From: Nitrospinae bacterium RIFCSPLOWO2_12_39_16
Lineage (GTDB): Bacteria > Nitrospinota > Nitrospinia > UBA9942
DNA length: 42,503 bases
Assembly: GCA_001805005.1 (NCBI GenBank)
Contig: MHDO01000149.1
Location: 1 to 42,503 of the forward strand
Reading direction: 5' to 3'
Below, piece after piece: positions 23,469 through 31,544 of the stretch. Both the position numbers and the translations under genes were made by a program. Positions within the stretch are counted from its first letter, which is position 1. The number at the start of each line of letters is the position of its first letter. The notes beneath the pieces were generated by a model. It ran no database searches. It saw nothing but the letters and a program-made list of their open reading frames with translations, and had not been told where the DNA came from.

Positions 23469-24311
23469 ATGAGACTAAAAAATATTATAAGTAGAAAGTT
23501 TTTAATCTATTGCGGAGGGGGAGGCTTATTTTTAATCCTCTTGATATTTATATATTATTTCTTTTTTGCTGTCGGCATGTCAAAAGACATGGTATTCATA
23601 CCAGGCGGGGAATTTATAATGGGGGTTAATATCCCAAAAGATGAGCAGGGGAAGAGAGAGGTGGAATTATCAATAGATATTGATGAGACACCAGCACATA
23701 AGATTTATGTAGATGGTTTTTATATAGATAAATACGAGGTTACAAATGCACAGTTTAAAAAATTTCTGAAGGCAACAAGCAGAAAATCTCTCCTTATTGA
23801 CCCGGTTGATAAAGGGGCTCCATACAACTGGAAGGAGGACAACTACCCTGAAGGGGAGGGGGATAACCCGGTTGTTCTTGTGGATTTTGAAGATGCAAAG
23901 GCATATTGTGAATGGAAAGGGAAGAGGTTGCCCACAGAAGAGGAATGGGAAAAGACATGTCGGGGAGATGATGGAAGAAAATGGAGTTATGGGAATGAAG
24001 ATGTTTCAGGATATGCTAACACAAGGGAGATAAATTTGAAGTGGTCAGGTCCAGTTGGCTCTTTTCCAAAAGATATTTCGCCCTATATGGTTTTTGATAT
24101 GACAGGTAATGTAATGGAATGGACAGAGTCTCACTATTTGCCATATCCTGAAACTGAAATGAGGGTAGGTTTTGGAGGACTTGAGAAGGTGATTCGTGGA
24201 GGAGGGTGGCTGATAGACCTTCAATCTTCAAGGTGTTCAAATCGCAATATTACTGCCACTGAAAAAAGACATAGAATGTTAGGTTTCAGATGTGCAAAGG
24301 ATATAAGATGA
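23469..24311 (+). CDS. membrane-anchored/exported FGE-sulfatase-fold domain protein, no FGE catalytic Cys pair
   Basis: AAGGAG lies 5 nt before ATG 23469. TM/signal GGGGLFLILLIFIYYFFFAVG. FYIDKYEVTNAQFKKF, RLPTEEEWEKTCRG, FDMTGNVMEWT, IRGGGW..SRCSNR..GFRCAKD. Confidence 0.85.
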   Translation: MRLKNIISRKFLIYCGGGGLFLILLIFIYYFFFAVGMSKDMVFIPGGEFIMGVNIPKDEQGKREVELSIDIDETPAHKIYVDGFYIDKYEVTNAQFKKFLKATSRKSLLIDPVDKGAPYNWKEDNYPEGEGDNPVVLVDFEDAKAYCEWKGKRLPTEEEWEKTCRGDDGRKWSYGNEDVSGYANTREINLKWSGPVGSFPKDISPYMVFDMTGNVMEWTESHYLPYPETEMRVGFGGLEKVIRGGGWLIDLQSSRCSNRNITATEKRHRMLGFRCAKDIR

Positions 24312-24433
24312 TGAACAAAAACCTAATGAAACCACAGAAGATGGGCACAGATAAACACAGATTTAAAAAGAAAAAAATTACCTGTATTCCTCCGTGTTTA
24401 TCTGTGGTTACTTCTATAAATTTCTATGCATGA
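24311..24433 (+). other. orphan copy of the MNKNL leader cassette (40-codon ORF with no mature domain attached)
   Basis: ATG 24311 overlaps the upstream stop TGA 24309-24311. It reads MNKNLMKPQKMGTDKHRFKKKKITCIPPCLSVVTSINFYA*. Its stop TGA 24431-24433 overlaps the next cassette's ATG 24430. The first 17 nt are identical to the leader of gene 5981. Confidence 0.5.
24330..24406. repeat. palindrome of the orphan family-2 cassette
   Basis: Perfect 13-bp inverted repeat CACAGATAAACAC 24346-24358 / GTGTTTATCTGTG 24394-24406, extended by AACCACAG../..CTGTGGTT. Confidence 0.9.
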
Positions 24434-25311
24434 ACAAAAATCTGATTTTAACCACGAAGAAGACGAGGTGGAAGATAATTTTAGGATTTTTAATCTCCGG
24501 GATTTTCGTGTCCTTCGTGGCTTATATTTTTTTTAACAGGGGCATAGCTTCAGAAATAGATGGGATGGTATATATACCGGAGGGTGAATTTAAGATGGGA
24601 AGCAAGGGTAAGCTGGAGCATGGAGATGATGGCGGCGATGGAAGGATAGGTTTGGAGGTTGGTGTTGACGAGATACCCTTGCATATTGTCATGGTAAAAG
24701 GATTCTACATTGATAGATATGAGGTTACAAATGCCCAATACAAGAAATTTTTTGATGCAACAGGACGGGAGCCGCCTGTAGATAGTGTGGCGCCAGATGC
24801 ACCCTATAACTGGAGAAATGGTAATTATCCAGCAGGTGAGGATAATCATCCTGTAGTTAATGTTACATGGTATGATGCTGAAGCCTACTGCAAATGGGCA
24901 GACAAGAGGCTTCCCACAGAGGCAGAATGGGAGAAATCATGTCGTGGTGGTGATGGAAGGAGATGGAGTTTTGGGAATTCTTTTATCACTTCCTTTGTTA
25001 ATACACATGAGCTTGAACTCAAATGGTCGCAGGCTGTAGGCTCATTTCCCGAAGACCGCTCTCCTTATGGTGTTTATGATATGTCAGGTAATGTAATGGA
25101 ATGGACAGCTTCCTGGTATAATCCTTACCCAACCTCAACTCTCAAAAGAGAGACATTTGGAGAGCAAAACAGGGTGATAAGGGGCGGAGCATGGTTGACA
25201 AGTTATCTTACCGCAAGATGTGCAAGCAGAAATTTCGCTGTGCCTGAGAAAAAGCACAGGACAATGGGATTTAGATGTGCAAAGGATGCCAATTGGAAAA
25301 AGAAGATTTAA
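24430..25311 (+). CDS. membrane-anchored/exported FGE-sulfatase-fold domain protein, no FGE catalytic Cys pair
   Basis: Start is placed at the conserved cassette ATG 24430 (MNKNLILTTKKTRWKIILGFLISGIFVSFVAYIFF); ORF-track ATG 24394 is inside the preceding orphan element. FYIDRYEVTNAQYKKF, RLPTEAEWEKSCRG, YDMSGNVMEWT, GFRCAKD. Confidence 0.85.
   Translation: MNKNLILTTKKTRWKIILGFLISGIFVSFVAYIFFNRGIASEIDGMVYIPEGEFKMGSKGKLEHGDDGGDGRIGLEVGVDEIPLHIVMVKGFYIDRYEVTNAQYKKFFDATGREPPVDSVAPDAPYNWRNGNYPAGEDNHPVVNVTWYDAEAYCKWADKRLPTEAEWEKSCRGGDGRRWSFGNSFITSFVNTHELELKWSQAVGSFPEDRSPYGVYDMSGNVMEWTASWYNPYPTSTLKRETFGEQNRVIRGGAWLTSYLTARCASRNFAVPEKKHRTMGFRCAKDANWKKKI
24450..24520. repeat. family-2 cassette palindrome (ACGAAG flavour) in leader of FGE-fold gene 24430
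   Basis: AACCACGAAGAAGACGAGGTGGAAG 24450-24474 against TTCGTGTCCTTCGTGG 24505-24520 (13/16 complementary). Confidence 0.8.
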
Positions 25312-27041
25312 ACACAGAGAAAGCAGAAAAAAGATACATAAATGGGACACAGATTTACACAGATAAAATAAAGATAAAAATTAATTTTTTAAATTTTTTA
25401 TTCTCTGTGTCCTCTGTGGTTTATGTTTTGTTTTTTGTTGTCCTTCTTGCAGGTTGTCAATCTGAAGACAAGAGAGTAGACAGTAGCGAGAAGATAAAGG
25501 CAGAACATGAGAAGGAAATAGTGCGGTTGAAGGATTTACTTAAAGAAGACCCGACAAGATGGAAGGAACGCCATAAATTAGGTGTCGCATATATGACCAT
25601 GGGAAAGAATGAGGAGGCAACTCAGGAATTTTTAGAGGTGATGTCAATAAAGCCTGATGATATTGATAATCTGCAATCACTGGGTATGGCATATTATAAG
25701 ATGGGTAAAAAACATAAAGCACACTTTTATTGGCGTAGTGCCCTTGAGATAGAGCCTGAAAACAAATTTATATGGGATATGCTTAAGATGATTGAAAAGG
25801 AAAAAGGCACGGGTGATGTATCCATGGATATAGAAAAATGGGCAAAGCATTATAAGGAAGGGCAGAAATTTTATAAGGAGAAGGAGTATGAAAAGGCAGC
25901 TAAAGAATTTGAGCTCGCCGTAAAATATAATTCAACCGATTCCAGGACATATTTTTCCATTGGTGCAGTATATAGAGCAATTGACAAGATAGATGAGGCA
26001 ATATCAGCATGGCAGAATGCTCTCAAGTTTAAACCTGATGACCTTATGGTCATGAAATTAATATCTCTTGCAAAGGAGAAGAAGGAGAGGGATGCTGCAA
26101 TGCTTAAAGCAAAGGAGGCAGTTGAAAAAAATCCAAATGATTGGAAGGCACATTCCAGTCTTGCCTCACTATATATTAGCGATAAGCATGGCAGGTTTAT
26201 AGACGAGGCAGAGACAGAATATAAGGAGACGATTCGTCTAAATTCACAGGATACGAATGCATATAGACAACTCGCAGAGATAAGCTTTTACAAGGGGCAA
26301 TATAAAGATGGCATTGGCTATCTTGAGAGGGCGGCAAAATATCTATCAAAGGAAGATGTAATATACAAAAAGATTAATAACATGAAGTTATATTTGAAAT
26401 TGTATCAAAAAGGGAGAGAAGCATGGAGTAAGGAGGGAATCAAAAAATATGATGAAATGGTCTTTGTTGATAGGTTCTATATAGATAAATATGAGGTAAC
26501 CAACGCCCAATATAAGAAATTTCTTGATGGGAACCTTAACCTTCCTCTGCCCCCCCACTGGAAAAAAGGGGCATATGAAGCAGGGAAAGATAACTATCCT
26601 GTTGTAAATGTGGATTGGTATATGGCGGCTATGTATTGCAAATCTATCAGTAAGCGTCTTCCTACCAAAGAAGAATGGGACAAGGCTGCCCGAGGGAATG
26701 AGGGATTTGAATATCCATGGGGAAAGATATTCAAGAGTGAGCTTTTAAACAGCGATGAGGCAGGTTTTGAGAGGTTGACCCCTGCAGGAAGTTTTGAGGC
26801 TGGCAAAAGTCCTTACGGGATTTATGACATGGCTGGGAATGTAAAGGAGTGGACAGATAGCGAATATGAAAAAAAAGTAGGAGAGGCTGAACTCCCTTTT
26901 CACGGCGGTAGCTATAAAATATTACGAGGCGGGTCTTTTAGATCAAATGCAGAAGAGGTCAAGGTGGCAAATATGAAATATTCGCCACCTGCATATAGAG
27001 ATATAGATGTTGGCTTTAGGTGTGCAAAGAGCAAGCAATGA
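25275..27041 (+). CDS. TPR-repeat + C-terminal FGE-sulfatase-fold lipoprotein (lipobox LLAGC)
   Basis: ..FFVVLLAGC/QSEDK lipobox, Cys codon 25455-25457. TPR units include LGVAYMTMGKNEEATQEFLEVMSIKPDD, SLGMAYYKMGKKHKAHFYWRSALEIEPEN and others. C-terminal FYIDKYEVTNAQYKKF, RLPTKEEWDKAARG, YDMAGNVKEWT, GFRCAKS. The start is uncertain: ATG 25275 overlaps the upstream gene by 37 nt and there is no other in-frame ATG. Confidence 0.8.
   Translation: MCKGCQLEKEDLNTEKAEKRYINGTQIYTDKIKIKINFLNFLFSVSSVVYVLFFVVLLAGCQSEDKRVDSSEKIKAEHEKEIVRLKDLLKEDPTRWKERHKLGVAYMTMGKNEEATQEFLEVMSIKPDDIDNLQSLGMAYYKMGKKHKAHFYWRSALEIEPENKFIWDMLKMIEKEKGTGDVSMDIEKWAKHYKEGQKFYKEKEYEKAAKEFELAVKYNSTDSRTYFSIGAVYRAIDKIDEAISAWQNALKFKPDDLMVMKLISLAKEKKERDAAMLKAKEAVEKNPNDWKAHSSLASLYISDKHGRFIDEAETEYKETIRLNSQDTNAYRQLAEISFYKGQYKDGIGYLERAAKYLSKEDVIYKKINNMKLYLKLYQKGREAWSKEGIKKYDEMVFVDRFYIDKYEVTNAQYKKFLDGNLNLPLPPHWKKGAYEAGKDNYPVVNVDWYMAAMYCKSISKRLPTKEEWDKAARGNEGFEYPWGKIFKSELLNSDEAGFERLTPAGSFEAGKSPYGIYDMAGNVKEWTDSEYEKKVGEAELPFHGGSYKILRGGSFRSNAEEVKVANMKYSPPAYRDIDVGFRCAKSKQ
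25311..25422. repeat. STR palindrome in leader of TPR-FGE lipoprotein gene
   Basis: AACACAGAGAAAGCAGAAAA..GGGACACAGATTTACACAGATAAA 25311-25368 against TTCTCTGTGTCCTCTGTGGTT 25401-25422. Confidence 0.75.
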
Positions 27042-27095
27042 ACAATGAGTAAAACTCGTTACTCGTTGTTTATTGATAAAAGAGGAGGTCTTCTT

Positions 27096-27551
27096 ATGAG
27101 AACAGTAGCTATTCTGATATTATTCTTATCTTTTCTCTGGATTATGAATGGAGAATCTGTGGCAGTAGGTAAGGAGATTAAGTGTGAAGAAATAGATCAA
27201 AAGAAACTACGTCAGATGATGGAGAAAGAAAAAAATGAGGTCGTCATTGTTGATTATAGAATACATAAAGATTATAATAATGGTCATATTCCTGGTGCTA
27301 TTCATATTTCACCAAAAGATAAGAATTTTTTGCAGCAGAGATTGGATTATTATACTTTACAGTGGAAGAAAAATAACAAGACTGCTGTTGTTGTGGATAA
27401 TAATGGAAGAGAGGCTAATATATTTTGCGGGAATATGAAGCTGACAACAAGGTATAAACATATATATAGCCTGAAAGAAGGCATGAATCTATGGACACTG
27501 CCGCTGGAAAAAGGGAAGTTGCCATCTTCTGGCATGAAAGGAAAGAAATAA
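27096..27551 (+). CDS. exported single rhodanese-like domain protein, catalytic Cys replaced by Asp
   Basis: GAGGAGG 27082-27088 lies 7 nt before ATG 27096. Signal peptide MRTVAILILFLSFLWIMNGESVA/VG. VVIVDYRIHKDYNNGHIPGAIHI. Loop position AVVVDNNGREA. LKEGMNLW. Confidence 0.8.
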   Translation: MRTVAILILFLSFLWIMNGESVAVGKEIKCEEIDQKKLRQMMEKEKNEVVIVDYRIHKDYNNGHIPGAIHISPKDKNFLQQRLDYYTLQWKKNNKTAVVVDNNGREANIFCGNMKLTTRYKHIYSLKEGMNLWTLPLEKGKLPSSGMKGKK

Positions 27552-27552
27552 T

Positions 27553-28068
27553 ATGATACACATTTCTCAAATTTTAACACTCTATAAAAAAGAAGGATGC
27601 AAGAAGCAAAAAGCAAAATGTCTGGTTTCTGGTTTTTTGCTTTTTGCATTTTGCCTCTTCATTACCCAGGTATTAGCAGAAGAAGACACTTCGCAGAATC
27701 CTAACTATGTTTTTGCAGTCTGTCATGATGTAGTAGATGGAGATACTATAGAAGTTGATATCCTTGGCATGAAAAAGAAACTCAGATTGATTGGTGTGAA
27801 TGTTGGCGGTAAAGGGTTGCTTGAGGGGATAAAAAGAAGATTTGGCATGGGCTCTGTGGGATATTTGGAAAAAACAGTAAAGGGTAAGAAACTCTATCTT
27901 GAATTTGAAGATAAGTGGACTGATTCATCAGGCATTTTGCGTGGGTATGTGCATCTTAAAGAGACGGGTACTTTTATAAATCTTGAGATGATAAAGTTGA
28001 GATATGCATCAGCTGACAGGAAGGGTAATTATAAACACAAAAAGGAATTTGAAAAAATGGATAAATGA
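27553..28068 (+). CDS. exported SNase (staphylococcal nuclease/OB-fold)-like protein with degenerate catalytic motif
   Basis: VVDGDTIEVD..KKKLRLIGVNVGG aligns with SNase IDGDTVKL..TFRLLLVDTPE (D40 to N, T41 to V, E43 to G). DSSGILRGYVHL aligns with DKYGRGLAYIY. Signal peptide ..KKQKAKCLVSGFLLFAFCLFITQVLA/EE. 1-nt gap to the upstream gene. Confidence 0.65.
   Translation: MIHISQILTLYKKEGCKKQKAKCLVSGFLLFAFCLFITQVLAEEDTSQNPNYVFAVCHDVVDGDTIEVDILGMKKKLRLIGVNVGGKGLLEGIKRRFGMGSVGYLEKTVKGKKLYLEFEDKWTDSSGILRGYVHLKETGTFINLEMIKLRYASADRKGNYKHKKEFEKMDK
27599..27654. repeat. heptamer STR palindrome in signal peptide of SNase-like gene
   Basis: GCAAGAA GCAAAAA GCAAAAT 27599-27619 facing TTTTTGC TTTTTGC ATTTTGC 27634-27654. 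Encodes CKKQKAK..LLFAFCL. Confidence 0.9.
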
Positions 28069-30248
28069 TTATCAAAAAAAATCTTCGTTTTAATTTTGTT
28101 CTGAACCACGAAGTATACGAAGGCCACAAAGGAATAAGTTATAGAAATTTTTATATATTTTTTTATTTTCTTCGCGTTCTTCGTAGTTTTAATATCTATT
28201 TTGTTTTATCCTGCCTAATTTTTTTCTTTTTGCTTCTTGATACGAGTATCTACGCTTCTGAACTGATTATACAGGATGGGCATAAAAAGGTTATTCGTTC
28301 CTTATCCTTTTCATCTGATGGTAATATCATCGCTTCAGGGGGACTTGATAGAACCATTAGGTTATGGGATACCCATGACATGTCCCTTTTAAAGACCCTT
28401 TCTGGTCATACAGGTTCTGTTAATTCAATTGCTATTTCTCCTGATAATAAGTTACTTGCATCAGGGAGCGATGATAAAACTATAAGACTCTGGGGTTTTA
28501 AAACAAAAACATCTCTGTTCACCCTTGCTGGTCATACAGGTTCCATTAATTCAATTGCCATATCTCCTGATGGTAGATTGCTTGCATCAGGTGGTGATGA
28601 TAAGGCTATAAGACTGTGGGACATTGAGAAGAGAGAGTGTATAGCTATACTGTCAGGCCACAATGGAACTGTTTTTTCTGTTGCATTTTCTCCAGATGGT
28701 AAATCCATAGCCTCTGCAAGTGGTGACACTACTATTGGAATATGGGATGCAAAAAAGATGACTCCACAATTTCTTAAAGGGCATAGTGGTGCGGTTTATG
28801 CGGTTGCATTTTCTCCAGATGGAAGATTCCTTGCATCGGGAGGGGCTGATGAAAATATAAACTTATGGGATATAAAAAAAATGACAATTGTTGAAACCCT
28901 TTTTGAAGAACATGAGAAGGGCTTTCACCCTGTATACAGCCTCAGATTCTCTTCAAATGGAGAGATTCTGGCAACAGCCGGTGCCTATCCTGAAGTCCAT
29001 TTATGGGATATAAAGAAAAAGATAATCATGCAGAAACTCTATGATAATTCTCATGCAGTTTACTCTGTGGACTTTTCACCAAAAGGAAAGGTTGCAGTTT
29101 CTGGAGGGTGGGATACAGCTATCAAACTCTGGGATATCACCACAGGTATAAAGATTCATACCTTTGAAAACCACATTAGACAATTATATTTGCAATCCCT
29201 TACCAGTGATGGAAGAGTCTTAACTATAGGGAGTTGGGACAAAGTAATTAAAATATGGGATATTCCAAGAAGCAGGGGCATAGAGGTAATTAGAGAGTCA
29301 AAGAGTCAGAGAGTCAAAGAGTCAGAGAGTGGAGGCAAGATAATAGAAGACGGCTCTTTGAATAATTTCTTTGAAAAACAGGATGGGTTTGTTGAGGCTG
29401 TAGCACTCTCTGATGATAATATGATGCTTGCAGCAGGATACAGGGATAACACAGTGAAGATATGGGATTTTGAAAATTTGTTTTTGCAAGGTTTAAGCAG
29501 GGAGAGAAAGGCTATTGCTGTATTTAAGGGGCATGAGAATTGGCCTATATGTATGGATTTTTCTCCAGAAGGGAGGATTCTGGCATCGGGTGGACTGGAT
29601 AGGACAGTAAGACTCTGGGATGTTTATAAAAAGGATTCCATCTCAATTCTTAGAGGGCACAATGAACCGGTAAAGTCACTTGACTTTTCTCCTGATGGAA
29701 ACATTCTTATTTCAACAGGTTGGGGTGGAGAGATGATTGTATGGGATATAAATCTGTTATCCCCTGTTGATACTTTTAAAGGATATAATGGCATGGTACA
29801 TCTCACTAAATTTTCCCCAGATGGCAAGAATATAGCAATCGTAACAAAGGACAATACAGTTCTGCTTATAAGTATAGATGGAAAATCATTTTATACGCTC
29901 TCCAGTGAAAAAGCAGCTATAAATTCTATTGCTTTCTCTCCTGACGGGCATCTCCTTGCAATCGGTGATGGCGTGAATACTGTGGAACTCTGGGATCTTT
30001 CAAGTAAAAAAAAGATACGTACCCTTTCAGAACATACAGATTCCATTTACATGTTAGTCTTTTCTGCCGATGGAAAGAGATTGGTATCAGGCAGTGAAGA
30101 CTATGGAATAAAGGTGTGGGATATAGAAAAAGGAATATCGCTTATGACCCTTTTGTCTATAAAGAGGGATGATTTTTTAATTTATCTGTGGGATAATACC
30201 TATGTAGCATCTGAAGGTGCAAAGAAACATATTAAGTTTATAAAGTAA
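28065..30248 (+). CDS. exported WD40-repeat protein (two-propeller size) with STR-built loop insertion
   Basis: ATGA start/stop overlap at 28065-28068. Leader ..FVLSCLIFFFLLLDTSIYA/SE. Many units of GHxxxVxS[IV]A[IF]SPDGxxLASG[GS]xDxxIRLWD. Insertion RESKSQRVKESESGG at 29294-29333. Confidence 0.85.
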   Translation: MIIKKNLRFNFVLNHEVYEGHKGISYRNFYIFFYFLRVLRSFNIYFVLSCLIFFFLLLDTSIYASELIIQDGHKKVIRSLSFSSDGNIIASGGLDRTIRLWDTHDMSLLKTLSGHTGSVNSIAISPDNKLLASGSDDKTIRLWGFKTKTSLFTLAGHTGSINSIAISPDGRLLASGGDDKAIRLWDIEKRECIAILSGHNGTVFSVAFSPDGKSIASASGDTTIGIWDAKKMTPQFLKGHSGAVYAVAFSPDGRFLASGGADENINLWDIKKMTIVETLFEEHEKGFHPVYSLRFSSNGEILATAGAYPEVHLWDIKKKIIMQKLYDNSHAVYSVDFSPKGKVAVSGGWDTAIKLWDITTGIKIHTFENHIRQLYLQSLTSDGRVLTIGSWDKVIKIWDIPRSRGIEVIRESKSQRVKESESGGKIIEDGSLNNFFEKQDGFVEAVALSDDNMMLAAGYRDNTVKIWDFENLFLQGLSRERKAIAVFKGHENWPICMDFSPEGRILASGGLDRTVRLWDVYKKDSISILRGHNEPVKSLDFSPDGNILISTGWGGEMIVWDINLLSPVDTFKGYNGMVHLTKFSPDGKNIAIVTKDNTVLLISIDGKSFYTLSSEKAAINSIAFSPDGHLLAIGDGVNTVELWDLSSKKKIRTLSEHTDSIYMLVFSADGKRLVSGSEDYGIKVWDIEKGISLMTLLSIKRDDFLIYLWDNTYVASEGAKKHIKFIK
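28104..28188. repeat. ACGAAG-flavour palindrome in leader of WD40 gene 28065
   Basis: AACCACGAAGTATACGAAGGCCACAAAGG 28104-28132 against CTTCGCGTTCTTCGTAGTT 28170-28188. Encodes NHEVYEGHKG..LRVLRSF. Confidence 0.8.
29294..29333 (+). repeat. in-frame octamer STR (AGAGTCAR)x4 + AGAGTGGA in WD40 gene
   Basis: AGAGTCAA AGAGTCAG AGAGTCAA AGAGTCAG AGAGTGGA. Translates ESKSQRVKESESG. Confidence 0.9.
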
Positions 30249-30268
30249 AAAATTCATAATGCTCAACG

Positions 30269-30310
30269 ACTTTATAAACTTTATAACCTTATAACTTTAT
30301 AGCTTATATT
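30269..30310 (+). repeat. intergenic 8/9-mer STR (ACTTTATAA)x2 CCTTATAA CTTTATAG CTTATATT before gspF
   Basis: Read directly in the 64-nt spacer 30249-30312. Confidence 0.85.
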
Positions 30311-30312
30311 CT

Positions 30313-31530
30313 ATGGCATTTTTTAAATATAAAGCCACAGATATTACCGGAACGGTTATTGAAGGGGTTATGGAAGCAAAGGAGGAAAGGTCTGTCATAA
30401 CCATACTTCAGAATCGCGGATATATTCCTATAAATGTTGCATCACCTACTGCTGAAAAAATGAGTAGAGAAAATCCTTTGCTATTTCTCTTCCAACGTGT
30501 CCCGCAGCAGCAGGTCATCAATTTTACCAGAGAACTGTCAGGACTCTTAAAGGCAGGTATCCCGATTGATAGAAGTCTTAAGACACTTATTAGTATTGAA
30601 GGAAAAAAAAGATTTAAAAAACTGCTTGAAAATATCTTAGGTTCTATTGAAAAAGGGAGTTCTGTTGCTAATGCACTGGAAGTTTTTCCAGTAGTATTTC
30701 CACCATTTTATATCAACTTAATACGGGCTGGAGAGGCAAGTGCTACTCTTGATGCAACCCTCAGGAGGTTGAGTGATTTTCTTTCAAGGTCTAGAGAACT
30801 CAGAAACTATATCATATCTGCTATGATATATCCTGCTATTCTTACAATCTTCAGTGGATTTTCTATAATCATCCTGTTAACCTTTGTTATACCGAAATTT
30901 GCGGCAACATTTTCAGAGATGGGACAGGCAATCCCCTTATCAACGATGGTTTTGATGAGGATAAGTGAGACTGTTAGAAATTATTGGTGGGTATTTATAC
31001 TATCCTTACTTGGTCCATATCTGCTCTTTTACACCTATAAGAGAACAAGTGCGGGGAGATTAGCCTGGGATCAGCTTAAGCTTAAGATGCCTGTTATTGG
31101 GACAATTATCAGAAATACAGAGGTTGTAAGATTTGCCAGGTCAATGGGGACTCTTCTTAAAGGTGGGGTTCCGGTTTTAAAATCCATTGATATTGTCAGT
31201 AATACAATTACCAACCGTTTTATTGCAAAGGCTATAATAAGACTATATGAGAGTGTGAGACATGGTGAGGGGCTTGGTTTACCATTAAAGAGGGAAGGTA
31301 TCTTTCCACCTATGGCAGTTGAGATGATTATTGTGGGTGAAGAGACAGGGCGTTTGGAAGAGATGCTTCTTGAGGTAGCAGATACTTTTGAAACTCATTT
31401 AAAGGAAAATGCAAAGAGGTTTCTATCTATAATGGAACCGTTATTGATAATTTTTATGGGAATGGTTGTAGGTTTTATAGTTGTATCAATGCTGCTTGCT
31501 ATTTTTAGTGTAAACGAGATACCATTTTAA
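30313..31530 (+). CDS. gspF: type II secretion system inner-membrane platform protein GspF
   Basis: 405 aa. Two T2SS-F repeats (..FTRELSGLLKAGIPIDRSL.. and ..FARSMGTLLKGGVPVLKSI..) and three TM segments. Sits at the head of the pseudopilin genes. Confidence 0.9.
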   Translation: MAFFKYKATDITGTVIEGVMEAKEERSVITILQNRGYIPINVASPTAEKMSRENPLLFLFQRVPQQQVINFTRELSGLLKAGIPIDRSLKTLISIEGKKRFKKLLENILGSIEKGSSVANALEVFPVVFPPFYINLIRAGEASATLDATLRRLSDFLSRSRELRNYIISAMIYPAILTIFSGFSIIILLTFVIPKFAATFSEMGQAIPLSTMVLMRISETVRNYWWVFILSLLGPYLLFYTYKRTSAGRLAWDQLKLKMPVIGTIIRNTEVVRFARSMGTLLKGGVPVLKSIDIVSNTITNRFIAKAIIRLYESVRHGEGLGLPLKREGIFPPMAVEMIIVGEETGRLEEMLLEVADTFETHLKENAKRFLSIMEPLLIIFMGMVVGFIVVSMLLAIFSVNEIPF

Positions 31531-31544
31531 GAAAGGAGATGTTT

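Noticed and set aside
12759-27041. Genuine formylglycine-generating enzymes maturing sulfatases
   Set aside because: The CxxxxC catalytic pair is absent in all six copies by hand alignment, and no sulfatase gene is in the window.
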